From Candidatus Latescibacterota bacterium (GTDB lineage: Bacteria; Latescibacterota; CBDEFO01): a stretch of 64,000 bases of DNA. Location: assembly GCA_965248755.1 (NCBI GenBank), contig OZ252149.1, positions 2,944,001 through 3,008,000 of the forward strand, read 5' to 3'. Position 1 is the stretch's first letter; every line of letters starts with the position of its first letter. The translations under genes and the position numbers were made by a program. Below the pieces are notes generated by a model. That model ran no database searches. It was not told where the DNA came from and saw only the letters and a program-made list of their open reading frames with translations. Below, in pieces: positions 50,358 to 60,628 of this stretch.

Positions 50358-53132
50358 CTACTTCATCAAAACCAGCTTCTTCGACTGCCCAAATCCCTCC
50401 GTCTTCAAGCGATACAGATAGACCCCACTGGCAAGACTTTTACCATTGTCATCTTTGCCATTCCATATTACGGAGTAGCTACCGACTGATCTGTAACCAT
50501 CCACCAACGTTGCAACCTTATGTCCCATCAGATTGAACACAGATAGCTCAACGTGACTTTGGACAGGAAGGTCATAGTGGATCACTGTTTGGTGGTTGAA
50601 GGGATTGGGATAGTTCTGGGCTAGGGAGTAAGCTTCAGGAACGTTTAATGATGGTTCTTCATACTCTGTTACAGCAGTGATAGGTATATCAGAAAGATTC
50701 ATCAACACTGACACATTACCGCTGCTAAAATTACCTACGGCCAGATCATTATCTCCATCCCCGTCCAAATCTGCACTGAATACTGACCGCGGTTCGTCCC
50801 CAACTGCATAGTCCACTCTGGCTGCAAATTGCCCAGCTCCATTATTCAAAAACACTGATACAATGTTGCTGAACCTATTGGCCACAGCTAAGTCACTATC
50901 TCCATCTCCATCTAAATCTGCGCTGAATACTGATGTGGGAAAATCTCTTGTAGGACCAATATCAGTGGAGTAGTCCACATTAGTTGCAAATGAACCATCC
51001 CCATTGTTAAACAAAACCGATATATTATCGCTGAATACATTAGCCACAGCTAAGTCATTATCTCCATCCCCGTCTAAATCTGTACTTAATACTGATATGG
51101 GACCGTTCCCAGCGGCGTAGTCCACCTTGCCTGCAAATGTCCCATCTCCATTATTCATTAACACTGAAACATTATCGCTATACATATTAGCTACAGTTAG
51201 ATCATCATCTCCATCCCCATCTAAATCTGCACCAAATACTGCACTAGGAGAATACCCAGCGGTATAGTAAACCCCGTCTGCAAAAGTCCCATCTCCATTA
51301 TTCAATAACACCGAGACAGAACCGGGACCAAATCCCCTATTAGCCACAGCAAGATCATTATCTCCATCTCCATCTAAATCTGCACCGAACACTGAATTGG
51401 GACTAGCCCCGATACCGTACTCCACCTGAGGTGCAAATGTTCCGTCTCCATTATTCAATAACACCGAAAGAGTACTGGCTTGGTGACCAGAGCCCGCATT
51501 AGCTACAGCCAGGTCATTATCTCCATCACCGTCTAAATCCACGCTGAATACTGAATAGGGATCAAACCCAGCAGCATAGTCCACCTTAGGTGCAAACGTC
51601 CCATTTCCATTATTTAGCAGCACTGACACTCTAGCCGTAACTAGGTCATTGTCTCCATCCCCATCTAGATCCGCAATAAAGACTGAACCCCAAGCAGGAT
51701 AGGCAGTTGGGTGTCCAAAAAGGGGAGGAACAAAAGCAAATCTGTCAAAGAGCGTATCGGCCTGACTGTCGGGATTTGTGACTATTACATCCACAGTACC
51801 GACAGGAAGAGCAGGAGTCGTAGCAGTAATGCTCTGGGTGGTCACTGCGACTACATCTGTGGCTGTGCTATTTCCAAAAGTGACAGTTGTTCCTCTCTGG
51901 AAATCCCTCCCTGCTATTGTCACACGGGCACTTCTCAGTTCTACGCCAAGAGTGGGATTAATAGATGTGACAACAGGGGGAGCAGGAGGAGGCGCCACAG
52001 AGAGATTCAACAACACTGACACACTATCAGACACATAATCGAGGCCTCGACTAGCTACAGCCAAGTCATTATCCCCATCTCCATCTAAATCTGCAATGAA
52101 CACTGATCTGGGACTATACCCGACAACATAGTTTATCCTAAGTCCAAACGTCCCATCTCCATTATTTAACAACACGGATACGTCATTGCCGCCGAACCCT
52201 TTAGCTACAGCCAGGTCATTAGCTCCGTCCCCATCCAAATCCGCAATGAAGACTGATGTGGGACTATGCCCGACAAAATAGTCGACCTTTGTTGCGAATG
52301 TCCCATCTCCCTTGTTCATCAGCACCGATACATTATCGACAGCAATGTTAGCCACAGCCAGGTCATTATCCCCATCACCATCTAAATCCGCACTGAAAAC
52401 GGCTTCAGGGCGATACCCAGTCGGATAGTCCACCTTAGATGCAAATGTTCCATCCCCATTATTCATCAACACCGATACATTATCGTTGAGCCAATTCGTG
52501 ACCACTAGATCATTATCTCCATCACCATCTAAATCCGCGCTAAACACTGAAGAGGGAGCGTCTCCAGCGGTATAGTCCACTTTAGGTGCAAACGTCCCAT
52601 CCCCATTATTCGTTAACACTGATACATTACTGATATTCCCAGAGAGAGCTCTATTAGCCGTGATTAAGTCGTTATCCCCATCTCCATTTAGATCGGCAAT
52701 GAAAACCGATGAAGAACTATTCGAAGAACTATTCCCAGTGGCATAGTCCACCTTATGTGCAAATGTCCCATCCCCGTTATTCATTAACACTGAAACATTA
52801 TCGCTCCAAATATTAGCTACAGTTAGATCAATATCTTCATCCCCATCTAAATCTGCACTGAATACTGATATGGGAGCGGTCCCAGCGGCGTAGTCCACCT
52901 TGCCTGCAAATGTCCCATCTCCATTGTTTAACAACACTGATACAGTACGGCTGCCTTCATTAGCCGTGATTAAGTCGTTATCCCCATCTCCATTTAGATC
53001 GGCAATGAAAACCGATGAAGGACCGTTCCCAGTGGCATAGTCGACCTTAGGTGCGAAAAGACCTTGCGCATAGACAGGCGCATTCAAAGCGACTAACAGC
53101 ATCAGAGCTGTATACAAGATTCCCTGTCTCAT
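50358..53132 (-). CDS. Secreted protein with two FG-GAP propellers, IPT/TIG domain and FlgD/T9SS-like CTD
   Basis: Signal peptide, about 14 FG-GAP repeats, VTSINP..GTTVTFG..VTNPD, LAQNYPNPFN..WNGKD..SGVYLYRL. Confidence 0.92.
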   Translation of the reverse strand: MRQGILYTALMLLVALNAPVYAQGLFAPKVDYATGNGPSSVFIADLNGDGDNDLITANEGSRTVSVLLNNGDGTFAGKVDYAAGTAPISVFSADLDGDEDIDLTVANIWSDNVSVLMNNGDGTFAHKVDYATGNSSSNSSSSVFIADLNGDGDNDLITANRALSGNISNVSVLTNNGDGTFAPKVDYTAGDAPSSVFSADLDGDGDNDLVVTNWLNDNVSVLMNNGDGTFASKVDYPTGYRPEAVFSADLDGDGDNDLAVANIAVDNVSVLMNKGDGTFATKVDYFVGHSPTSVFIADLDGDGANDLAVAKGFGGNDVSVLLNNGDGTFGLRINYVVGYSPRSVFIADLDGDGDNDLAVASRGLDYVSDSVSVLLNLSVAPPPAPPVVTSINPTLGVELRSARVTIAGRDFQRGTTVTFGNSTATDVVAVTTQSITATTPALPVGTVDVIVTNPDSQADTLFDRFAFVPPLFGHPTAYPAWGSVFIADLDGDGDNDLVTARVSVLLNNGNGTFAPKVDYAAGFDPYSVFSVDLDGDGDNDLAVANAGSGHQASTLSVLLNNGDGTFAPQVEYGIGASPNSVFGADLDGDGDNDLAVANRGFGPGSVSVLLNNGDGTFADGVYYTAGYSPSAVFGADLDGDGDDDLTVANMYSDNVSVLMNNGDGTFAGKVDYAAGNGPISVLSTDLDGDGDNDLAVANVFSDNISVLFNNGDGSFATNVDYSTDIGPTRDFPTSVFSADLDGDGDSDLAVANRFSNIVSVFLNNGAGQFAARVDYAVGDEPRSVFSADLDGDGDNDLAVGNFSSGNVSVLMNLSDIPITAVTEYEEPSLNVPEAYSLAQNYPNPFNHQTVIHYDLPVQSHVELSVFNLMGHKVATLVDGYRSVGSYSVIWNGKDDNGKSLASGVYLYRLKTEGFGQSKKLVLMK

Positions 53133-53394
53133 TGATAGGTCTCCCTTTCTATACAGTCAGAGTTGTTGTCGGGCTCCTTCGTTACGACCAGAGTAAGAAT
53201 AAAACCTGATCGTGGCATCTTCTGTCACAGTCCTCCACGACTCTGCCCTCTATTCTTTGTATGTCCGTAATGCAGTATTTACGGACATACTTAAGCTCTC
53301 ATCTCCGGAGAGCTCAGTGCCGCAACTATCGCAAATATCATTTTCATAGTGATAATCCTTTCGCTCACAGGATTCAGAACTGTTACATTAGTCT

Positions 53395-54999
53395 CTACTG
53401 TTTTCCTGTCAGCCATTCGCGGACGATCTGCTTTTGTATCTTCCCCACGGAGGTGCGAGGCAGGGCGTCTATGAACTCCACTCTGCCGGGCACTTTGAAG
53501 GGTGAGAGACGTTCTGCACAGTGCGCCTGAACTGTCTCGGCGGTCAGGTCGGCTTCGGGCTTGGCGACTATCACCGCCACAACGGTCTCGTCTCGGAACT
53601 CATCGGACATGCTGACGACGCAGACATCCAGCACGCCGGGGCAGTCTGCAATTACAGCTTCCACCTCCACGCTGGAGACATTCTGCCCCGCTCGCTTGAT
53701 CAGGTCTTTGCCGCGATCTACAAAGTAGAGGAAGCCGTCTTCGTCTGCATAGGCCGTGTCACCTGAATATAGCCAGGTCCCATCGGGCATCTGGCGGAGC
53801 GTCTCCCCAGTCGCCTGCGGGTTCTTGAGATAACCGAGCATGATGGAGCGTCCCGGCGTCCCGCGCACTATCAGTTGGCCCTGCTGGCCCGGTTCAACTT
53901 CTTGTCCATCGTCATCTACGAGCTTTATCTGATAGCCCAATACAGGGCGCCCCATCGCCAGCAGATTCCGTTTCCCTGAGAGTGGACTCATAATCGGGAG
54001 GCCGCACGTCTCGGTCATCCCCCAGATTTGCTGGAGGGGGCAGGAGAATCTGCTGTGCCACTGGTCGTACTGCTCGGCCGTAAGATTCTGCGCAAAGGTC
54101 AAATTCCTGAGGGAATGGGCATTGTCCGCGGGGCGTTCGGGCTGATTCAGGAGCATCCTTAAGGGCGCGCCGAAGAGCGCCGCCAGCGTGCATTCGTACT
54201 TTTGGGCCTGCTCGAAGAAGCGGCTGGCGCTGAACCTGGGCATCACCGCGACGCTTGCGCCTGCTATCAAGGACGGCCAGAGGGCGTGACAGTGGGCGCC
54301 GCCGTGGAAGAAGGGGAGTGTGATCAGATGGCGGTCTTCCGCCCGAATGCCTGACCCCGCTCGAAAGACCTCAGCTCCATAAACAAGAGCCGCGTTGGTC
54401 TGCATGACGCCCTTAGGGCGCGCAGTCGTGCCTGAGGTGTACATCAAATTTACAGTCCTGTCAGACGCGCCCTCGCCCGGCGGTGGTTCTGGGGACTGAG
54501 CCGCAAGCTGGATTTCGTAGAGGGGGTGTTCTGAATTGCTTGCCGGCTGGCTGTCCGCGTCATCAGGGTTTGAAGTTCCCGTCTGGCAGAGCAGGACCTG
54601 ACGCACTGGCAGCCCGGCTGCAACTTCCCGAACCGCGTCCAGACTCCCCGCCTCGGTAAAGATGATCTCACTTGCGGAATGTGCGACTATATATGCCAGT
54701 TCGTCTGCGGTGGACTTTGGATTGGACGGCACGGCGATAGCGCCCAGATACGAGGCGGCCAGGAGAAGCTGAGGATAGGCCGGGTGATTGGGAAGATGCA
54801 GAATGAAGCCGTCTCCCGTTCCGATTCCCAGCTTATTCAAGAGGTTGGCGGCCCGATGGATGCTCTCCAGAAACTCTGCATACGTCCAGGAGAAGACCTG
54901 ACCGTCGGCGCGCTCATAGACGAGCCACGTCCGCTGCGGCTGATGCGCTGCATATGCCGCGAATATCGAATAGAGGGTCCGGTTTCCAGCAATGTCCAT
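53395..54999 (-). CDS. AMP-dependent CoA ligase (CaiC-like)
   Basis: YTSGTTARPKGV, WGMTET, SGD, DRGKDLIKRAGQNVS, LPRTSVGK. Confidence 0.9.
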   Translation of the reverse strand: MDIAGNRTLYSIFAAYAAHQPQRTWLVYERADGQVFSWTYAEFLESIHRAANLLNKLGIGTGDGFILHLPNHPAYPQLLLAASYLGAIAVPSNPKSTADELAYIVAHSASEIIFTEAGSLDAVREVAAGLPVRQVLLCQTGTSNPDDADSQPASNSEHPLYEIQLAAQSPEPPPGEGASDRTVNLMYTSGTTARPKGVMQTNAALVYGAEVFRAGSGIRAEDRHLITLPFFHGGAHCHALWPSLIAGASVAVMPRFSASRFFEQAQKYECTLAALFGAPLRMLLNQPERPADNAHSLRNLTFAQNLTAEQYDQWHSRFSCPLQQIWGMTETCGLPIMSPLSGKRNLLAMGRPVLGYQIKLVDDDGQEVEPGQQGQLIVRGTPGRSIMLGYLKNPQATGETLRQMPDGTWLYSGDTAYADEDGFLYFVDRGKDLIKRAGQNVSSVEVEAVIADCPGVLDVCVVSMSDEFRDETVVAVIVAKPEADLTAETVQAHCAERLSPFKVPGRVEFIDALPRTSVGKIQKQIVREWLTGKQ

Positions 55000-55094
55000 A
55001 TTTAGACCTCAGGAGACAGGGTATGGCCTTTCCTCCAAGCCGTTATTGCGAGGAGGCGTGCCCCCGAATGATTCAATCGGGGACTCCGCTATAC

Positions 55095-55853
55095 CTACAT
55101 TTTATCGTGATAATACTCCAATATCGTCTCTATTCCAGCAAGGTGGGCGTCCACCCTTGCTCTCAGAGGCAGACCTGTCGGACTTTCCAAGGCTATGGCG
55201 TGATCCGTGTGGTTTTCCCAGGTATGCGAGCGCATCGAGTGATAACGCGGATCGTCTGAGTACATCTCCTGAGTTATCATGCCGTCCGATGCAGCTACCT
55301 GGTCTATGACCGTATCTCTATTTATGGGACAGATGTCTTCCACTGTTTCGATGATCCTCCCGCCTATCAGTTCTCCCGATCTCCTCTGTTCATAGAGGTA
55401 GAACCCCACGCTGTCGTAATCCTCGTGCAGGTCTATGATCACGTGAAAGCGACGCCCCGACAGTGACTCCTTTATCATAACCGCCTCAGAAGTCTCGTCA
55501 GTCTTAAAGGTGCGGTTTATGTCCGCGCCGTCGCTGTTATCGCGCCTATTGTGCACGTAGCCGTGCGGGTTGTTGCAGGGGTAGATCAAAAAGTTGAAGC
55601 CATCTACAAGTTGGGTATTTCCCTGCTCCAGAAACTCAAGGAGGGCCTCGACTCCCGCGGGCTCGTCTCCGTGTATGCCGGCACAGATCAGGACAGACTT
55701 TGCCTCTGTTGTGGCGGATTCCAGCTCCCCGATAGAGTCATTCGGGGACAACTCCAGCGTGAGTATCGGATAGCCGCCTGCCGTCCCGATCACTTTCCTG
55801 TGCGCAGGGAGTTTGTCTATCCTGCTGAGGAGATCGTTGTAGTCTCGGAGCAT
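55095..55853 (-). CDS. M14-family zinc carboxypeptidase / desuccinylase-like protein
   Basis: AGIHGDE, NPHG, DINR, IDLHED; carries an in-frame palindromic element. Confidence 0.88.
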   Translation of the reverse strand: MLRDYNDLLSRIDKLPAHRKVIGTAGGYPILTLELSPNDSIGELESATTEAKSVLICAGIHGDEPAGVEALLEFLEQGNTQLVDGFNFLIYPCNNPHGYVHNRRDNSDGADINRTFKTDETSEAVMIKESLSGRRFHVIIDLHEDYDSVGFYLYEQRRSGELIGGRIIETVEDICPINRDTVIDQVAASDGMITQEMYSDDPRYHSMRSHTWENHTDHAIALESPTGLPLRARVDAHLAGIETILEYYHDKM

Positions 55854-55936
55854 ATTATTAAGTCAGTAGAGGGGTTGTAGGGGGCGAGTTGATCCCCGAT
55901 AGGTTCAATCGGGGACGCAATATGACAGACACGTTA

Positions 55937-55986
55937 TGCGCCTTCGGCAAGATGCGCCAAAGGCAAGATGCGCCTTCGTCAAGATA
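55937..55986. repeat. 16-bp tandem repeat, 3 copies (TGCGCCTTCGGCAAGA-like)
   Basis: Read directly. Confidence 0.75.
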
Positions 55987-56062
55987 CGAACAAAACGCAC
56001 GTTTGTCAAGTGCTTCAATAGCGCAGATTTAGGTTGACTTTATCCCCTGAGCAGGCTATCTT
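55981..56062. promoter_or_regulatory. Divergent sigma70-type promoters
   Basis: Minus TTGACA-17-TATCTT (56009-55981); plus TTGACT-17-TATCTT (56034-56062). Confidence 0.65.
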
Positions 56063-56145
56063 AGGCTCAATAATTCCTGAGTAGGCTCAGTATTTCCTGT
56101 CACCTATAGTGAAACTTGACACTACAGCATGGAGGATCTGTCAGA

Positions 56146-57060
56146 ATGAAAGAGAGGATAGCCTATCTAAATGGAGAGATGATGCCTTTCAGAGAAGCGG
56201 GGGTCTCCATCGTAGATTCGGGCGTAGTCTTGGGATGCACGGTCACCGAGATGACGCGCACGTTCAATCAAAAACCGTTCAGGCTGAAAGATCATATGGA
56301 GCGGCTCTACCGATCTTTGAGATACGTAAGGATAGACCCCGGGGTGGATCTTGAGGGTATGGAGCGGCTCTCCATGCGGGTTCTGGAGGCCAACCTGCCC
56401 ATGCTGGAGGCAGACCAGGACTGCGGTCTTATCCATTTTATCACGGGAGGTCAAATAGCCGCCTACGCCGACATAGATCCGGGCGCCGTAAGGCCCACTG
56501 TCTGCATCCATACGATTCCCTTAAAGACCGAGTCATGGGCCAGCTTCTACGCTGAGGGCGCAAGTGTGGTGACGCCTTCCATCAGGCACGTGCCGCCGCA
56601 GTGCTTAGATCCCAAGATGAAATACAGAAGCCGGATGCACTTCTATCTGGCGGAGCAGGAGGTCAAACATGCCGACAGCGAGGCGTTTACGCTGCTTCTG
56701 GACATAGACGGAAACGTCACGGAGGCGTCGGGTGCCAACTTCCTGATCGCAAAGGACGACGCCATCTACTCTCCCACGACGCGAAACATACTCCCCGGAG
56801 TAAGCCGGGCGACTGTTTTTGATCTTGCAGACGGAATGGGCATTACGTGTATTGAAAAAGACCTTCAGGTGCACGATGTGTGCAACGCAGATGAGGCATT
56901 CTTAGCCAGCACGCCTTACTGCATACTGCCTGTCGTAAAGATAAACGGCATACCCATTAAAGATGGGAAGCCAGGGCCGCTGGTTGCAAAACTGCTAGAG
57001 GAGTGGAGCAAGATGGTGGGCGTGGACATCGTAGCGCAGGCGGGGGTGCCTACTTTGTAG
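56146..57060 (+). CDS. Class IV PLP aminotransferase (IlvE/D-amino acid-like)
   Basis: AYLNG, HMERL, EASGANF, ILPGVSR, ADEAFLAST. Confidence 0.9.
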   Translation: MKERIAYLNGEMMPFREAGVSIVDSGVVLGCTVTEMTRTFNQKPFRLKDHMERLYRSLRYVRIDPGVDLEGMERLSMRVLEANLPMLEADQDCGLIHFITGGQIAAYADIDPGAVRPTVCIHTIPLKTESWASFYAEGASVVTPSIRHVPPQCLDPKMKYRSRMHFYLAEQEVKHADSEAFTLLLDIDGNVTEASGANFLIAKDDAIYSPTTRNILPGVSRATVFDLADGMGITCIEKDLQVHDVCNADEAFLASTPYCILPVVKINGIPIKDGKPGPLVAKLLEEWSKMVGVDIVAQAGVPTL

Positions 57061-57154
57061 GCGTCAGAGGGTCATACGTTGTAGGCGGGATAAGAGGCTT
57101 GATCAAGCAAGTAGAGTTGAGCGGAAGCTGGAGAAGGCAGGAGGGGAGTGGACT

Positions 57155-57532
57155 TCAACGATGCAATTTGAAGAATTCTTCTGGGCCATTTGCAGTCAGA
57201 ACAAGCTGATTAAGCAGGTCTCTGCCTATTAAGAAGTTTGCCAGGGGTATGGAAACAACTTCGAGTGGAAAGGAAAAAGAATGGTCGATAGATAGTCTAA
57301 CTTCATGTGTGGGAAGTGGACGTGACGGTCCACCTAATATCCCTCTCAGAGAAACAGCTCCTCTTACAGGCAGCTGTAATTTGCTTCGCAAACTCTCGGG
57401 AATGATGCTCCTGCTGGCACCGGTATCGATCTTCGCTGGAGCTTCTATTCCGTCTTCCGCATCCATCGGTGAGACCATGACGCTTAGGATTAGCGCAGGT
57501 CTAGATGTATCACGCGAGTAGTCAAATCTCAT
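57155..57532 (-). CDS. Retropepsin-like (clan AA) aspartyl protease
   Basis: KIDTGAS and LIGRDLL motifs. Confidence 0.85.
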   Translation of the reverse strand: MRFDYSRDTSRPALILSVMVSPMDAEDGIEAPAKIDTGASRSIIPESLRSKLQLPVRGAVSLRGILGGPSRPLPTHEVRLSIDHSFSFPLEVVSIPLANFLIGRDLLNQLVLTANGPEEFFKLHR

Positions 57533-57816
57533 CGCACTATTCTGGGTGACGGTATTGTGACGACAGGTATATGTTGTTCTACTTTCATAAGGAGGACATC
57601 TTCACTGGGATAGATCTTGTTTATCCGCTTAGCTAATTTGAACTTATCCCTGTCAGAATCGATCACTTCTTTGTTCTTAATGGCGACAAAGTTGCCTTTG
57701 TAAGCCTCATCCTCTAACAATTTACTTTTGCTAGTATTGAAGAACTCCGGTTCTTCCGCCCATTCCCTCAATTCCCTATCACTTTGGCTCTCTGGATCCA
57801 CTTTCTCTTTAACCAT
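57529..57816 (-). CDS. DUF5678-like small protein
   Basis: YKGNFVAIKNKEVIDSD; overlaps the protease start. Confidence 0.75.
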   Translation of the reverse strand: MVKEKVDPESQSDRELREWAEEPEFFNTSKSKLLEDEAYKGNFVAIKNKEVIDSDRDKFKLAKRINKIYPSEDVLLMKVEQHIPVVTIPSPRIVR

Positions 57817-57853
57817 TGCTTATACCTTTGTCAGTCAGTCTTGGCGAACAATC

Positions 57854-57913
57854 TGTGACACAGGTCACACTTCATCAAGAAGATACGAAAACGGCTGTGT
57901 GATGTCAATCACA
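57854..57913 (-). promoter_or_regulatory. Promoter with two perfect TGTGA-N6-TCACA (CRP-type) boxes
   Basis: Boxes at 57854-57869 and 57898-57913; TTGACA-17-TATCTT on minus at 57908-57880. Confidence 0.7.
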
Positions 57914-57954
57914 TTTGTTCTGCTCCCGATCGGGGACTCTGATCGCCGATACAT

Positions 57955-58140
57955 TCATTCGGGGGCAGGTTCAGGGCTTTCAGAAGCGAGATTTTCTTCG
58001 GTTGAAGATAGCCCGGACTTCAGGCGTCTCAGGTGTGGCTCGAGTTCTTCCCGTATCCTCTTAAAGTCCTCTTGGGCTTCACGAAAGTCCCTCTTGTGTT
58101 TTTCAGAACGATCTTCTTTCGGTGTCTGTTCCTCAGTCAT
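57955..58140 (-). CDS. 61-aa charged hypothetical protein
   Basis: GAGGAG RBS and its own upstream promoter. Confidence 0.55.
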   Translation of the reverse strand: MTEEQTPKEDRSEKHKRDFREAQEDFKRIREELEPHLRRLKSGLSSTEENLASESPEPAPE

Positions 58141-58235
58141 ATTGGCTTGCGCTCCTCAATATCAGGTCTGGGTTCGCTTTGTCTTTCTTAGCTGTTGGTA
58201 CTACCTTATATAAACCAGTTTTTTAGCAGATATTC

Positions 58236-58297
58236 TGTGATACAGGTCACCTCACTACGCTAAAAGATATACAATTTGCCATCAGATGTCAATCACA
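58236..58297 (-). promoter_or_regulatory. Second copy of the CRP-box promoter
   Basis: TGTGA-N6-TCACC at 58236-58251; TTGACA-17-TATCTT at 58292-58264. Confidence 0.65.
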
Positions 58298-58375
58298 TTT
58301 GTTGTGCTCCGGAGCTGAGGGCTTAAGCATACCTGTAAACGCTACATTACGGACATAGTCAAGGGAGATTCAAAG

Positions 58376-58984
58376 ATGGTACGAAAAATAGTTGTTGTCG
58401 TTTCACTCGTTATGCTGTGGCCTATCTTAGTCTTTGCTGAACGACAACTGGAAGATGTAGTGTATTTAAAGAACGGGAGCATTATCCAAGGGGTTATCAT
58501 TGAGCTGAGCCCTGGCGCAAGTCTCAAGCTTCGCACACGAGATGGAAGCATCTTCGTGTATCAAATGGATGAGATACTGAAGATTGCGAAGGAAGCTCCG
58601 ATAGCGCAGCTTACGGAAGTGAAGAGTCCCGGAAAAGCCTTGGGGCTTTCACTTGTTGGCGGATTGTATTTTGCAACTGGAGTAGGGCAATGGTATAATG
58701 GTGACATCGCAAAAGGCTTCGTCTTTTTCGGACTGAGCAACTTGGCCAACACCTCTATTGTTAAGGCTTTAGAAGACAATATCAATTCCTCTGGCGCTAT
58801 GTTACGCCTATCAAGTTATGCGATAGCGGCTATTGATGCTTACGAATCCGCTAAGAGGAAGAACGAGAGTCAATGGTATAGGGACGCACTGAAACAAGAT
58901 TCTCCTCGAGTGGCTCTGTCCATTATTCCTGTTGTAAGGAATCACCCAAGCGGGGTATTCATATTGGCAACGACTTCTTTCTAG
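58376..58984 (+). CDS. Exported hypothetical protein with TM2-like segment
   Basis: Signal peptide, DVVYLKNGSIIQG, KSPGKALGLS..GVGQWYNG. Confidence 0.75.
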   Translation: MVRKIVVVVSLVMLWPILVFAERQLEDVVYLKNGSIIQGVIIELSPGASLKLRTRDGSIFVYQMDEILKIAKEAPIAQLTEVKSPGKALGLSLVGGLYFATGVGQWYNGDIAKGFVFFGLSNLANTSIVKALEDNINSSGAMLRLSSYAIAAIDAYESAKRKNESQWYRDALKQDSPRVALSIIPVVRNHPSGVFILATTSF

Positions 58985-59099
58985 GTGATTTGGAATGTGA
59001 TTCGTAGAGCAGGGAGGACATACCGTCTGGCCAATCAGAGAGGAAGGGTTACAACAGAGCATTACCAAATGTAGAATAGCAAATGAGGAGTAAAAACAC

Positions 59100-60041
59100 A
59101 TGGTAAGAACCTTCGTTTTCCCCGGCGTTATAGTGTTAGCACTGGTACTATCAGGCGCAGGTCAGGCATACGGGTTTTTAGGTTTTGGGACGCACGCGAG
59201 GTCTGTGTCAATGGGGGGAGCCTTTGTGGCGGTGGCAGACGATCAGGATGCGGTCTTATTGAATCCGTCTGGTCTCGGTCAGATAAAGACTAGAATTGTA
59301 GCTTACACGAATCTGAGTTTAGGTTTGCCAGGAGTGGAGGGTGATGATTTGGGTAAGCGCTTATTAACATACGTTCATCCTTTTGGTGGGAATGTGGGTA
59401 CATTGGGTTTTGGTTATCAGCGCGTGGGGAGTGAGAATTTCAATGAGAACGGTATTACGGCAAGTTGGGGTAAGGAGCTTGGACGTGGGATCCATCTAGG
59501 ATTGGGTTTGAGTTATTTGTGGTGGAGTGTAGGTGATATACTGGATAATAAAGGGAGGGCAGATCCTTTGGGGGGGAGCAGTGGGAATATAGGAGTAGAC
59601 ATAGGTGGATTATGGAGGAGTCCTTGGGATTTTAGTTTGGGGTTATTTTTGAAGAACATAAATAAACCGGATTTATCCAAGGATAGAGGTAATATAGAGG
59701 TACAGGATGGTGCTGGCAAGTTGCCGTTTGACATACATTTTGGTGGTAGTTATCGTCTTGAGAGGGGTTTATTGAGTGTAGATTATGTAGTAATGGATGT
59801 AGGGGGGGAACGCGATACAGATACAAGGTTATTCTTCGGCGGAGAGGTAGATTTGGTGGCGGGGTTTAGTTTTCGGGTGGGCGGCAATCGGATATTTGAG
59901 GAGAGTAGCACGGGGGGATTCAGTTGGGGGGTGGGTTATGAGTTTAGCAACGGTATAGATTTAGATTATGCTTACAACAATCCCGTGCGTTCAGTGGGGT
60001 CTGGTGGCTTTGACAGATTCAGCTTCGCATATAAATTCTAA
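59100..60041 (+). CDS. PorV/PorQ (UPF0164)-like outer-membrane beta-barrel, copy 1
   Basis: ARSVSMGGAFVAVADD..NPSGL, LDYAY, terminal YKF. Confidence 0.8.
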   Translation: MVRTFVFPGVIVLALVLSGAGQAYGFLGFGTHARSVSMGGAFVAVADDQDAVLLNPSGLGQIKTRIVAYTNLSLGLPGVEGDDLGKRLLTYVHPFGGNVGTLGFGYQRVGSENFNENGITASWGKELGRGIHLGLGLSYLWWSVGDILDNKGRADPLGGSSGNIGVDIGGLWRSPWDFSLGLFLKNINKPDLSKDRGNIEVQDGAGKLPFDIHFGGSYRLERGLLSVDYVVMDVGGERDTDTRLFFGGEVDLVAGFSFRVGGNRIFEESSTGGFSWGVGYEFSNGIDLDYAYNNPVRSVGSGGFDRFSFAYKF

Positions 60042-60242
60042 ATGTCGGGTCAAAATAGTCTGGACAAGATTAAAAATATCCCAAAATAGTAGATCGTATA
60101 CAGCAGACGAAGCACTTCCAGTGAGATTGTTTAGCTTCATCCCTCGTTCATTGCGAGAGGCATTCTCCCAAACCGATCTCCCAGGAGATTCCTGTCTACT
60201 TAAGTCTGTAAATACTGCATTGCGGATATAGAAAGAATAGAG

Positions 60243-60428
60243 CCCGGATTTACCCGGCCAGGAGTAGGACAAAAATGCCTGCATCACCTCTGACGATACC
60301 CCCTTAACCCTTCCACCTAACTCCTGATTGTATTTCTCAATAAAGTAATCGACAAGGAAAAAGGGAAGGTCCTCGATATGCTCGCGTAGCGGCGGCAGGA
60401 CGATAGGAACGACGTTAAGGCATAAGAA
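60243..60428 (-). pseudogene. Captured fragment of a sigma54-activator (NtrC-type AAA+) gene
   Basis: LNVVPIVLPPLREHIEDLP...KGVSSEVMQAFLSYSWPG. Confidence 0.85.
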
Positions 60429-60628
60429 CCGACATTCCCCATATCACATTCATGAGGGATTATATTTCGATACATTCTTGTTTCTGAATTAATATTACCA
60501 CTTTTACATTTTTCAACAAGTACTTTTTTCAATTAAAATAGTATTTTCCTCTGAATTATCACTTTCTTTGTGTTTAAATCCTCCAATTAGAGACACCTCT
60601 CCATCGACTCACAAAAAAATGTGGCAGT

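Noticed and set aside
55937..55986. 16-bp triplet as a CRISPR array or iterons
   Set aside because: Too short, no spacers and no replication gene nearby.
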